Below, piece by piece: positions 37,914 to 51,251 of a DNA stretch of 64,000 nt; within the stretch, counting starts at the first letter, position 1, and every line of letters begins with the position of its first letter. The stretch is from Octopus sinensis (Eukaryota): contig NC_042997.1 in the NCBI RefSeq assembly GCF_006345805.1, positions 171,368,001-171,432,000 on the forward strand, read 5' to 3'. Made by a program: the position numbers and the translations under genes. The notes below the pieces were generated by a model, which saw only the letters and a program-made list of their open reading frames with translations, did not search any database and was not told the DNA's origin.

Positions 37914-38860
37914 TCACAAATATTCAATATATGCACCGCCTGAGACATGGCACACATCAAGCCAGTAGTCGAGCTCCTCCTAAACACATTGTAGCATGTA
38001 TTGGGTAACAGTCTACAGTCTGGTAGTGATTCACTGCTCGAGTTCCTCTAAGTTTGCAGGAAGAGCAGGGACATATACCAGGCCCTTCACATAGCCCCAG
38101 AGAAAAATTTGCAAGGTGTCAGGTGAGGTGGACTTGGCAGCCATTGCAACAGCAAGTTGTCTTCATCTCCAGCATGCCTGATCCATCTCCCTCGCAGACT
38201 GTCATTGAGATAAGCCCGCAGAGTGAGCTTCCAGTTAGGTGGAGCCCTGTCCTGTTGAAAAATGAAGTCTTCATATTCATTTGCAATGAGCTCATCCATT
38301 AGCCAGTTCTGAAGCATTTGCAGATAAACATCTCTGGTCACATTTCCCTGAAAGAAAAACAGGCCATGAAGATGCTTCTTAGAGATGGTGCAGACCACAT
38401 TCACTTTTGGTGAGTCCCTCACATGCTCAAATGTGACATGAGGATTTTCTTTGCCTCAAATGCCCTGAACATTATGCTTATTGACTTTGCCATTCATATG
38501 AAATGTGGCCTCATCACTGAAAACAAGACATTCCTTAAACTCAGCTTCTTCAAGTTTCTTTTGCATATCAACACAGAATTATATGCACTTTTGCTTGTCA
38601 GCTGCTGTTATGGCCTCATTGAGCTGAAGCTTGTAGGGTTTCATTAGCAAGCATTTCCTCAGGACATGCCAAACTATCGTTGGAGAAAGATGGGTTTCCA
38701 GACTTGTTCTTTTTATGGACTTCTTGGGGCTTTGCAAGAGCTTTTGGTGAACCCGTTCGACCATCTCTTCTGATGTTAGTGGCCATCCAGATCCTTTTGC
38801 CCTGCACAGACAGTCTTCCCCTTTGAATTTTTTGTGCCATGTCCAAATCTGCAGCAGTTG
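37914..38860 (-). pseudogene. Mariner-like (rosa/DD41D-related) transposase pseudogene
   Basis: HTH region ..SPKKSIKRTSLE..VWHVLRK..KPYKLQL; catalytic FQQD.APP.W..RAYLN..GRWI...W.P.PP.LTPC.FF; several frameshifts. Confidence 0.85.
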
Positions 38861-39140
38861 GATTGTTTGACAGGATCTGGGGAGCACATGGTCATGTTGA
38901 GCTCTAATGCCAGCATTGGCATGGCTTTTATGGTTAGATGCCCTTCCTAACACCAATATACATTATATATACATCTCATAGGCACAAGTGTGGCTGTGTG
39001 GTAAGGAGATTGCTTCCCAACAACATGGTTCCAGGTTCAGTTCTACTGTGTGGCACCTTGGGTGAGTGTCTTCTACTATAGCCACAGGCTAATCAAAGCC
39101 TTGTGAGTGGATTTGGAAGACAGAAACTGAAAGAAGCCGG

Positions 39141-39223
<83 letters not shown>

Positions 39224-39379
39224 TCTACATGTGTGTGTATTTTTATGTGTGTTTGTTCCCCACTACCACTTGACAACTGGTGTTGGTGTGTTTACATCTT
39301 TGTAACTTAGCAGTTCGGCAAAAAGAGACCAGTAGAATAAGTACCAAGCTTTAAAAAAATGCTCTGAGGTCGATTTCAT

Positions 39380-40570
39380 CATCATCATTATTAATTAATG
39401 TCTGTTGTCTGTGCTGGGATATGTTGACCAAGGCTGGCACGGTGGAAGGCTGTACCAGACTCTAGTCTGATTTGGCATGATTTCTACAGCTGGACGCCCT
39501 TCCTAACGCCAACCACTCCAAGAATGTAATGAGTGCTTTTATGTGCCATTTGCATAACACCTGTATCTGCCATGACTACAATTTAACTTGGCTTGATGGG
39601 TCTTCTTCTCAAGCATGGCATAATACCAAAGGTCTTGGTTATTTGTCATTGCCTCATCGAGGCCCAACACTCAAAAGATGCTTTTATATGCCACCGGCAT
39701 CAGTCCCCTTGCCTCCATGAGGCCCAGTACTCAAAAGGTGCTTTTTACATGTCACTTGCCAGTTATGTGACACAGGTATCAGCCACGACTATAATTTCAC
39801 TTATAAGTATGGCATATCACCAAAGGTCTCAGTCACTAGTCATTGCCTCTGTGAGGCCCAACGTTCAAAGATCATGCTTCACCACCTCATCCCATGTCTT
39901 CCTGGGTCTACCTCTACCACAGATTCCCTCCACAGTTAGAGATCAGCACTTCTGTATACAGCTGTTCTTGTCCATACACACCACATGACCATACCAGTGC
40001 AGCTGCCTCTCTTGCATACCACATCTGATGGCTCTTATGCCCAGCTTTTCTCTCAGGATGCTTACACTCTGTCGAACATGCACACTGACATTGCATATCC
40101 AGTGAAGCATACTGGTTTCATTTCTTTCAAGCCTATGCATGTTCTCACCTGTCACCGCCCATGTTTCACTGCCATGTAGCATAACAGTTTGCACACAATC
40201 ATCATACAGTCTGCCTTTCACTCAGAGGGAGAAACCCTTTGTTGCCTGCAGGGGCAGGTGTTCTCTGAACTTTGCCCAGCCCATTCTTATTCTCACAGCT
40301 ATGCTCTCAGAGCACCCACCTCCAATACTAAATTGGTCACCTACATAATGGAAGCTATCTACTACCTCTAGTTTACCCCAACTCACAATTGATGGAGTCT
40401 ATTTTCTGTACATTTTCAGTGTTTATTGTACCTGTGCACCTTCCACACACAAAAAACTATACTCCCAGTTAACCTTCCTCTAATATTGTTGCACCTCTTA
40501 TGTTTTCATAGTTTACACTAGGTACATCTTACGGATCAAACAGGCCTATCTACCTGAAGGGATTTATGAT
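39380..40570 (-). mobile_element. Older RTE LINE 3' portion (degenerate PHD region to tail)
   Basis: Minus ORF KGRLYDDCVQTVMLHGSETWAV matches the RTE ORF2. Confidence 0.85.
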
Positions 40571-40714
40571 TTACCTGCCTTCCTACTTAGTAAGACTTTG
40601 ATTTGTTTGATTAAAACCCTTCAAGGCAGTACCTCAACATGACCACAGCCAAATGGCCAAAACAAGTAAAATAACTAAAGGAATATATGTATATATATAT
40701 ATATATATCGCCAT

Positions 40715-40900
40715 GATAGATCAGTAGCCACTACACACATTTTTTTCTCTCCTTGTATCTTTCTGTGTTCTTCTCTGTGTAAGAGCGTAGGCTCGAAACG
40801 TAAACGACTTTTTCAATTCCCAAGCATTATACTAATACATCTGTTTGTTTTGTACACCACCTGTCTTTGTTTTTTGTTTTTTTATGAATTTCCCCATATA
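40715..40900 (+). mobile_element. Penelope-like terminal fragment with a decayed hammerhead-like motif
   Basis: ctgtgta-a-gagc(gtag)gctc-gaaac-gta at 40775-40803. Confidence 0.4.
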
Positions 40901-40910
40901 TAATATATAT

Positions 40911-40941
<31 letters not shown>

Positions 40942-41044
40942 ATATATATATACCTCCTGCTTCCATTTCCTGAGCGCCTATTAATAATAATACTGTAATT
41001 GTTCCATTGTTGTTGTTTTTTTGTTTCCCGTTTGGATTAAAATT

Positions 41045-41080
<36 letters not shown>

Positions 41081-41754
41081 ATATATATATAAGTGAACAA
41101 ATGAATGGCAGTAACACTAAGCACATAGCTGGAGCTGTATTTATTGAGTAACAAGTGGATTTAGCTCCTCATGTTTCTTAAAGTTTCATTGCCATGAAAG
41201 GATGTCCATCTCTCATTTTCAACAATCACCATACACTCGTGACTCAGTGACATTAACATTCCACCTGCTTTAAGTTGTGAGGTGTCATCATCTTCCATCT
41301 ATTTTTAACCACATAGCCATACTTGACCATTTGGTTATAAACTCTCGCTCTCTCTCTCTCAGTATGTAATACAGAAACCATTTCTCACCATTTCATGTCA
41401 TAAGCACAGGTGTTGCTTATATGCTAAATACCTTGCATTGAAGACTAAGTGACACTAATATCCTGTCTGCTTTAACATATGGTGAGCTTCCTTCAAGTTG
41501 TCTGCTATCACTAAGTCATATCACTTTTCCATTCCAACATGGTTTGAAATGATGAAATAGGAGTTAAGTTCTTTCTGTAATAAAGAAGCAAATTTGTTTT
41601 ATTTTCCACTTTGCTTCTGAATGTCTGTGGAGAGGGATGCTTTATCATATCCATGAAACTCAAAGTAACAAGACAACCTGAGTCAAACTGTTATTCAATG
41701 TGTGTGTGTGTGTGTGTGTGTGTATTTATGTATATGTATGTAGGTATTCTTTTA

Positions 41755-41947
41755 CTCTTTTACTTGTTTCAGTCAACTGACTGTGGCCATGCTGGAGCAC
41801 CACCTTGAAGAGTTTTAGTTGAACAAATCGACCCCAGGACTTATTCTTTGTAAGCCTAGTACTTATTCTATTGGTCTCTTTTTGGCAAACCACTAAGTTA
41901 CAGGGGAGTAAACACACCAACATTGGTTATCAAGTGACAGTGGGGTT

Positions 41948-41982
<35 letters not shown>

Positions 41983-42145
41983 ACAGGCTTCTTTCAGTTT
42001 CCAGCTAATAAAATCCACTCACAAGATTTTGGTCAGCCCAAGGCTGTAGTTGAAGACATTTGCTCAAGGTACCATGCAATGGGACTGAACCCAGAGCCAT
42101 GTGGTTGGGGATCAAGCTTCTTACCACACACCCATGCCTATACCT
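41755..42145 (-). mobile_element. SINE family B, tail type 1
   Basis: Matches 18265-18655. Confidence 0.8.
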
Positions 42146-42686
42146 ATATATAATCATCATCAACATCATTATCATCATCATCGTTTAATGCCTATTTTCC
42201 ATGCTGGCATGAGTTGGACAGTTTAAGAGGAGATGACAAGCCAGAAAACTGTACCAAGCTCTTACCAAAGCTTGATGCTCTTCTCAATGCCAATCGCTTT
42301 ACAGTGAGTACTGTTTTGTCTTTACATGGTACTGGCACCTGTGAAGTCACCAAATGACTCATAAGACCCCTCAACTGAAAGTCGAGCCATACTAAAAAAA
42401 AGGTGGATCTATCCCAAATGATGGGAGTTGAAAATATGTTAGAGGAATAGAAACAGGTGTCTTGCTGTGGAGATGATGCATGGCTATTCCAGTTGGAATA
42501 GGAAGGAAGATGGTGAAGAGGTGTCAGGATGTATCCTCAAGTTACAGGAAGTTGTAAGAGACGTGTCCCAGAAGATTGGACAGAGTGAATGGGCAGGTAT
42601 GTTTGTATGAGTATGAAAGGAGAGTGGCAGGTGGATAGAGTTGGAGTATGGATAGAGGAGAGTGGCAGATGGATAAAGGTGACAAA

Positions 42687-43013
42687 GGTGGTGAGCTGGC
42701 AGAATCATTAGCACGCCGGGTGAAATACTTAACTGTATTTCATCTGCTGTTATATTCTGAGTTCAAATACCACCGAGGTCGACTTTGCCTTTCATCGTTT
42801 CAGGGTCGATAAATTAAGTACCAGTTACGCACTGGGGTCGATGTAATCGACTTAATCCCTTTGTCTGTCCTTGTTTGTCCCTTCTATGTTTAGCCCCTTG
42901 TGGGCAATAAAGAAATAAGATGGATAAGGGCGGCAAGCTTGGCAGAAACGTTAGCAAGCTGGGTGAAATGCTTAGCAGTATTTCGTCTGCTGCTACATTC
43001 TGAGTTCAAATTC
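42687..43013 (+). mobile_element. Family A SINE plus a second head-only copy
   Basis: ggtggtgagctggcagaatcattagc...aataaagaaata, then ggcggcaagcttggcagaaacgttagc. Confidence 0.85.
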
Positions 43014-44640
43014 CATGGTTGGATTGCTGCTTTGTACAGCAGCATCTGCTTGGTTGTTTGGGTGAATGGTCACCTGTCAGAGCCATTTAGCATCTTGCAT
43101 TTGGTCTGTCAAGGGTGCCCTCTCTCTACCCTTCTGTATGTACTGGCTCTTGAACCATTACTGTGGAAGCTGGAGGCTTTGAGGGGTGTCCCACGTGATC
43201 TAGGATGTGGGAGATGTGTGTCTGCTTACGCTGATGATGACACCATCATAGTGTTGAGCCACAGGTATATAGACACTACAAGGATATGGAACAGTGACAG
43301 GAACAAAAATTTACAAGGAAAAGTCAGTGGGCTTGCATTTAAGCACCTGAAGAGGCAAGCCCATGCCATCTGACAGTGTTGTGGGGCACTGGACAGATGG
43401 TTCTGTTAAGTTGCTTGGAGTCTGGTTTGGTCCAGACCTCCAGTTGGAGAAAAACTGGGATGAGGTGATGAGCAGAGTAGCCAATCTTACCCAGAAATGG
43501 GCTGAGAGGAAGCTGTCCCTGAAAGGTTGAGTGGAGGTGGTGAATGTGTATATCACATCTGTCATCTATTACCACTTGACTGTCGTTCCTTGCCCTGTTT
43601 GTTGGTTGACCAAGCTGGTGCACTTACTCTTCCACTGGTCAGGCACTCCATATGCTGTCAACAGCCACTGAATGGTGGGCTGGGCATGCTGTGGTTACTG
43701 ATGTGCACACATGCGCTATCTCTAGTGTCTCCTTGATGGTGAGCAGGTGTGGTCACTGTTTGTCAGGCACACTTTTCCACAGCTTATCTCTTTCACTGAG
43801 TCGCAAACCTAGATTAGGTGTAGATCAAGGAGGGGCAGTTGGCACCTCAAGTGCTCACAGCTCTCTGCCAGGCAGGCAATGCGGTCAGTGGTAGTTCCAC
43901 TCTAGCGTTCTATAGAAGGCTAGTGGAGGGAAAGTGCAACAACGTTGTTAGGGATAATCTGGGCATTGATGAAGATCAACTAACCGGCCTGCTTCAGAGA
44001 ACTTTTGGGCCTGGGACTATGGATAACTTCCAGAAATCCTTTGCCTGGCAGTGCTACCGAAGGGCACTGCCTATTCGAGATAAACTTTACAGGCACAGAA
44101 GTGGCATCAGCCAGGCCTGCCTGAGGTGCACCCAGAATGATGAAACCATTCTGCATGCCCTAGTCCAGCACCCAAGGATTGGTGACCTGTGGATTTATGT
44201 TGAACACCTGCTGTTGCATGTAGGACTGATCTAGCTATCAGCTTAATCCATTGTGAAGATGCTCCACCACCTTCTTTTGGCCAGGGGGGCAGACAACTTT
44301 TATTTGTCTAGTGGCTGTAGCGAAAGAGGTAGTATGTTGGACTCATTTAAAAGGGCTAAAGACAGACACTTTCCTCTTTGGCCAAGCCCTCATCAACTTT
44401 TTCAAGTTGAGGGTGGAGAGTGAAGTGTTGCCTTCTAGAAAGTTTGTCGAAAGGTGGATGAATTTTGGAAGAATGGTCAGTGTGAAAAGACAAATTCTGA
44501 GCATGCACCTGTATAAAAAGAGAATTAAAGAAGGGCTCCTACACTGTTGATCAGGCACCCATGACTTTTCTGGCTTTTCCCATGAGGACCTTAAAATACC
44601 TTCCCTAATGGGAGTTTCAATTTGTTCTATTTTAATTGTT
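43013..44640 (+). pseudogene. L1/Tx1-clade LINE ORF2 remnant (RT motifs 4-7 to the C-terminal zinc knuckle)
   Basis: VNGHLSEPF..QGCPLS.LLYVLALEPLL..YADD; LLGVWFG..KNWDEV..RKLSLKG; GGLGM; CLRC-x8-H. Multiple stops and frameshifts. Confidence 0.85.
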
Positions 44641-44912
44641 ATTTATATTGTTTCATCATCATTGTTTAATGTCCGCTTGCCATGCTAGCATGGGTTGGAT
44701 GATTTGACTGAGGTCTGGTGAACCAGACCTCTGCACCAGGCTCCAATCTGACCTGGCAGTGTCTCTACAGCTGGATACCCTTCTTAATGCCAACCACTCT
44801 GAGAGTATATATGGAAAACCCATTGTATCGTCCTGTTTTTGTCTTTTATACTGTTGCATGTCCTTTAATGTTATTGTATGTGAGCCCTTGTGACTAATAA
44901 TAGAATGAATTA

Positions 44913-44949
<37 letters not shown>

Positions 44950-46809
44950 CATTATTATTATTATTATTATTATTAAAAAGACAATGGATTGACATTATTG
45001 CCTTTCTTCTTTTGGGATCGTCAGTAAAATAAAGTATCACTTTAGGGAAGATATAATCAACTCACACCTTGCCTCTAAAATTGCTGGCCTTGTGCCTAAA
45101 TCAGGCAAATTGGCAGAATTGTTATAGCATTGAAAAAATGCCGTGCAGTATTTCTAGTTATTTACATTGTGAGTTCAAATCCTGCTGGGGTTATGTTTGC
45201 CTTTCATCCTTCCTGGGTTGATAAATAAAGTATTTCTCAAGTACTGGGATTACTAGCATCGATTAACTGCTTCTCTTAACAATGACTGGCCTTGATCCTA
45301 AATTACAAACAGTTTTTATTGTTACAAAGTCTGTGAATGACTGAATTGGTAGTGTGTCAGTCAAAATTTTTCAGGTGCGTGGCTTAGTGGTTAGGGTGTC
45401 AGTATCATGATCGTAAGATTGTGGTTTCGATTCCTGGACTGGGCGACACATTGTGTTCTTGAGCAAAACACTTCAGTTCACTCAGATGGCAAAAATGAGT
45501 AATGCTGCGATGGACTGGCGTCCCATCCAGTTGGGGAACACATATGCCATTGAAACCAGGGTACAAGCCAAATGTTTCAGATCAAAATTTACAGTCAAAA
45601 TGGTTGTTCAACTTGTATATACCAAACTGAGTTTGGAGGACTAAAGATTTCATGTGAAATGCAGCAGGATTTATAAAGATAGCGATAATGTTTAAATGTT
45701 TATACTACATGGTTATACTATACACTACATTAACTTGTATGTTGGAAAATACAGTATACACTCATGAGTTCATATTGTGCTATAGTCAGTTTTGCCTTTT
45801 ATCTGTCCAGTGGAGTGGGTGATAATATAAAGTACGAGTCAAGTTCTAGAGTCAATAAAATCAACTGTTCTTTCTCTGGAATATGAGACCTCGTGTCTCT
45901 GTTAGTAATCATTATATCATCATCATCATCATCATCATTATTATTGTTATTATTATTATTGTTGTTGTTCATATATAATAAAGAATTAATAATAATTATT
46001 ATTGTCTTTTTTTATTTATTAATAATTATATATTAATACAAAAACAAATACACTTGAGAAAGAATTACAAACAACTAATGTGTTCCTGGCAAAATGCCAC
46101 AGAAATGTACAAACAATGACTGGATTCTCAGATGGAAATAAAATCAATATGTATATAAGAATAATAATATCGGCTTGTTAGTTCAACACTCGGTGTTTGT
46201 GGAAAATTCCCAGCTGATGTTTACATAAATGAGAATGAATGAAGAAGCATATGAAATTCTTGTGCAAATAGAAATTGTGATATTGTTTTATTCATTGAGT
46301 AAAACCGTTTTGACTTCCTTCTACTCTGTTAATGAACGAGGAACAGCATGAATGTCACAACTTCACATTTCCTTATTTTCTCTCTTGTGATAACAAAGAG
46401 GCAGTTATTTCCCCACCTTTATTTTTAACGTGTGAGCAATCACGGCCTTAGTGCTGTTGTTGTTGTTGGTGTTAAGCAACAAGACGGGTAAGGGTGATTA
46501 GGTGATGGTGTAGGGCTTAGGGGTGGGAGACCCCAGACCTTGGAAAAAAAACAAACTATGGTCGTCTTGTTGCAGTCGAGGGCTCTTCGTTGACGCCCGA
46601 CACCACTGGGAGGTGGCCCTCGAAGTCGCTGGAAATGGAGATCTCCAGGTCCAAATTCTTGAATGGCGCTTTAGTGCTTATTTAATAAAAGAAAAAAGGC
46701 CCTAAACAAAAGCAGTATGACATGGTTTGTTTTCATATCTGGTTTGCAAAATTCTTTATGTGAATTTGTGTGTTGAAACAAATTTTGTTGTGTCTAGGGA
46801 CAGTCATTA

Positions 46810-47105
46810 TGCCAATGTTATTAACACATGCACTGGTTGAATTTCACTCCTTTATTATTAGTCACTTGGTTAAATATCCAACTAATTGGTTGTTTTGTTT
46901 AATTTGGTTAAACAGTGAGTCATTTGTTTTGCCTTTGTTTGTCAAAGCTCTTTTGTTGCTACTTGTAACCTTTCCTAAAACAAAACAAATGATTTACTGT
47001 TTAACCAAGTTCAATGAACAATCGATTAGTTAGTTGGTTATTTAACCAATTGACTAATAATAATAGAGTGGAATTGAACCAAAGTGTGTGTTAATAATAC
47101 TGGCA
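46810..47105. repeat. Diverged inverted repeat (MITE-like), arms about 125 bp
   Basis: 46810-46931 pairs with 46981-47105 at about 80% by eye. Confidence 0.75.
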
Positions 47106-48932
47106 GCCTTGGGCAAGTTTCTTCTCTCTTTAGACTCAGCAAAATGTGGCATAGTTGTTATTGATTAACTACTGCTCAGCTGGTACCTGAGGAGACCTAT
47201 GGTCCAATCCATTCCAGCTATGACTGTCCAGTCATGTTTATCTAGAATTACATTTTCCAGTATAGGTGCAGGTGTAGCTGTGTGGTTAAGAAGCTCACTT
47301 TGCAACCAAGTGGTTTCAAGTTCAGTCCCACTGCACAGCACCTCGGGCAAGTTTCTTCTTTTATGGCCCTCAGCTAACCCAATGCTTTCTGAGTGAATTT
47401 GATTCACAGAAACTGTGGAAGCTCATTCGTATACACAGACACACACACACACATATATACGATCTTTTATTCTTTTATTTGTTTCAGTCATTTGACTGCA
47501 GCCATGCTGGAGCACAACCTTTAGTCGAACAAATTAACCCTGGACTTATTCCTCGTAAGCCTAGTACTTATTCTATCGATCACTTTTGCTGAACCGCTAA
47601 GTTACCGGGGATGTAAAGACATCAACATTGCTTGTCAAGCGATGGTGGGGGACAAACATAGACTGAGGACTGGCAGGACAGTAGGCTGCACTAGGCTCCA
47701 ATCTGATCTGGCAATGTTTCTACAGCTGGATGCCCTTCCTAATGCCAAGCCAACCACTCCGAAATAGTGGTGGGTACCTTTTACATGCCACTAGCATGGG
47801 AGCCAGTGAGACAGCACTGGCATCAACCATGTTCGGATGGCGCTTTTTACGTACCACTGACACAAGAGCCAGTCAAGGGGGCACTAGCATCGACCACTTT
47901 TGGATGGTGCTTATTACGTGCCACCAGCACAGGTGCCAGTCAGGTGCCACTGGTATTGGCCACAACTTTATATGTATATGTATGCGTGTGTGTGTGTATA
48001 TATATATATACACACACACACACACATATATATATGTGAGTGTGTGTGTGCTTGTGTTTTGTCTCCCACCACTGTTTGACAGTTGGTGTTTGTTTATTTC
48101 CCCTCTGTAACTTGGTGGCTCAGCAAAAGTGATAACTAGAGTAAGTACAAGGTTCATAAGAAAAATAAGTACTGGGGTTGATTTGTTCAACTAGATCCCC
48201 TCAAGGTGGTGTCCCAGCATGACCACAGGTGAAAAAATGAAATGAAACAAAAAATAAGACAAAAAGATGAAAAAAAAAGTATTTTCTTTTTCAAGATGGT
48301 ACGATGCTCTATGAGAGGGATTTGGCTGCTATATCTGGCAATTCAGATGACTGATTAGAGGTTTCCCTGTTGAATCAGAAGCAATGAATAGGTATAATCT
48401 GTAGACAGGTTACCAAACAGATTTGCATTGTCCTTTCTTCCTACATTTAGAGTTCACATCCTACGAAGAATGGCTTGTATTTTATTTATTGATCAGGATT
48501 GATAAAGTAACTAACTGTACTATAATGGAATTAATATACTTGACTATATATCCCCTATTCTATCCTATTGATTTATTGATTAATGATATTTGTTTATTCA
48601 CCAGGGCAGCATCTTAAACCTCAGAGGCAATTGTATTGGACTCCATATGTGTATGTATAGAATGGTTGTATGTATGTAGAAGATTTGTATGAGTGTATAT
48701 ATGTGTGTATGTATACCATATGCAGCTACCGCAAAAGTGAATAGACACAGTCATTTTTGAAAGGTTTATTTCTAGAAACAAAATGATATCATTTGATGGA
48801 TTTAAATAGTTGATCGAGTATTTAGTAGATGTGCCTTGTGCATGTTATATTGACAAGTTTGAGGCACCAAACAGTGTCCATGTAGATGAAATGGTATACT
48901 TAGGGAAGTCTATTTAGTTTTGAAATGTGTGT

Positions 48933-49166
48933 GTAAAACATTTATATTCATACTTACACACAAACAGTGAGAGCATAATAAACACGAAATCAGTGTCCAA
49001 TGTGTGTGTGTGTGTGTGTGTGTGAGTGCGAAAGAGAGAGAGAGAGTGTGTGTGTGTGTGTGTGTGTGTGAGTGTGTGTATCTGTGTGTGTGTGGGGGGG
49101 TAAAACATTCATATTCGTACTTACACACAAACAGTGAGAGCATAATAAACAAGAAATCAGTGTCCA

Positions 49167-49203
<37 letters not shown>

Positions 49204-49216
49204 TGCGACAGAAAGA

Positions 49217-49253
<37 letters not shown>

Positions 49254-49558
49254 TGTGTGTGTCTGTGTGTGTGTGTGTGTGGGTAAAACATTCATATTCG
49301 TACTTACACACAAACAGTGAGAGCATAATAAACACGAAATCAGTGTCCTGTGTGTGTGTGTGTGTGTGTGTGTGTGAGTGCGACAGAGAGAGTATGTGTG
49401 TGTGTGAGTGCAAGTGAGAGAGAGAGAGTGTGTGTGTGTGTGTGTGTGTGCGAGAGAGAGAGAGAGAGAGAGTGTGTCTGTGTGTGTGTATGTGTAAAAC
49501 ATTCATATTCGTACTTACACACAAACAGTGAGAGCATAATAAACAAGAAATCAGTGGC

Positions 49559-49610
<52 letters not shown>
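48933..49610. repeat. Minisatellite: four 66-bp conserved cores separated by variable (GT)/(GA) tracts
   Basis: gtaaaacattcatattcgtacttacacacaaacagtgagagcataataaaca.gaaatcagtg at 48933, 49100, 49283 and 49494. Confidence 0.95.
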
Positions 49611-49613
<3 letters not shown>

Positions 49614-50964
49614 AGTATTTTGATCACTGTATCAATCAACCTACCTGCATCATCTTCTTACACTCATACACTCACATATGTTCATTTATTCCGCTCTGTC
49701 TCTGTGCACTAGGTATTTGATGCCAGAAGCTACTTCTGTCACTAATCCTTGCCTGTTTTCAAGAAAGAGGCTTTTTATTCTAAAGAAAAGAGTTTTGAAA
49801 GTGCAGAATAGGTAATGGGTGGGTGTATATTCATATTTCAGGATTTCTTTAAATGATAACGAGGATAAAAGTACTGCTGCTGGCACCACATAAAAGTTGC
49901 CCATTACACTCTGTGGAGTGATTGGTGTTAGGAAGGGCATCCAGATGTGAAAACCATACCAGAACAGACAACGGAATTTGATGCAGCCTATGGCCTTACC
50001 AGCTGTGGTCAAACTGTCCAACTCATGCCAGTATGGAAAACGGATGTTAGATGATGATGATAATCATTATTATTTAATGTCCATCTTCCATGCTGGCATG
50101 GGTTGGACAGTTTGACCACAGCTGGTAGGGCCATGGGCTGCACCAAGATCCATTGCATGTATGTTTGTGAGTGAGTGCATGTGTGTGTGAAGGTGTACAA
50201 TGCATGTATATGGAGACACACCCATATATTGGTTTGTTTTTGTGCACATTTTCCATGGTAGCATCAATACTGAGTCATTATTTTATAATCAAATGCCCTT
50301 CCTGTTGTGCACCCTGACATGTTTTTCAAGCAAGGGATCTCTTCAAAAGCACAAAGCTACTGAATAATTTGTTGACAGATGAACAACAACAAACTTCAAT
50401 GCTTACAGCTTATATACTATTTTTGCGTGGGAAGTACACACAATGTAAATATTCACATAGGCACATACACACACACATTCATATACATACTTACTGTCAA
50501 CAGAATTTTTTTTAAACAGTTCGTTATTTCTATATTGAATCAACTTCGGAATTAATCTCATAGATTTTTTTCCTCTTCAGTAGAAAATACGATAAGAAAT
50601 AAATGAAATACATGCGCCCATGGAAAAAAAGCCGAAGCAAAAGTCATGAGTACACATAAGTACCCCAGTTAAATCTAAATATAAAACCCTTTGGCTAGCC
50701 TCAGCACACGTGTGAACTGTTCTCCACTACAGCTTATAGTGGTTACCAGTCCCTATAGTGAAAAGTAATAAATCTACTACTAATATAGGATGAAGCTTTT
50801 TTACGGAAAAAAATTTCATCAAAAAGTGGCAGCATATCAAAATACCTTTAAAAGTTAAAATTATAAACAACTTATAAACAAGGGCAAAAGAAAATTATTT
50901 CCATGCCAATATATACTAATTTTACAGTATAAATTGATTTGCCTAATAGTGGTTTTATCTCTAA

Positions 50965-51015
<51 letters not shown>

Positions 51016-51016
<1 letters not shown>

Positions 51017-51251
51017 ACAACTTATAAACAAGGGCAAAAGAAAATTATTTCCATGTCAATATGCTGATAACAGACTTTTAAATCGTCAATTTCCACATAT
51101 CATTATATACTCACTGTTGACTAGCTTCCTGATTTCAGTACAACATATTTCTATAGTGAGTATATAATGATATGTGGAAATTGACAATTTAAAAATCTGT
51201 TATCAGCATATTGGCATGGAAATTTTCTTTTACCCTTGTTTATAAGTTGTT
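51016..51251. repeat. Fold-back inverted duplication, preceded by a direct copy of the arm start at about 50864-50912
   Basis: Arms 51016-51115 and 51155-51251 with a 39-nt loop. Confidence 0.9.

Noticed and set aside
48933-49610. CRISPR-like repeat-spacer appearance
   Set aside because: Spacers are microsatellites, the context is eukaryotic and there are no cas genes.
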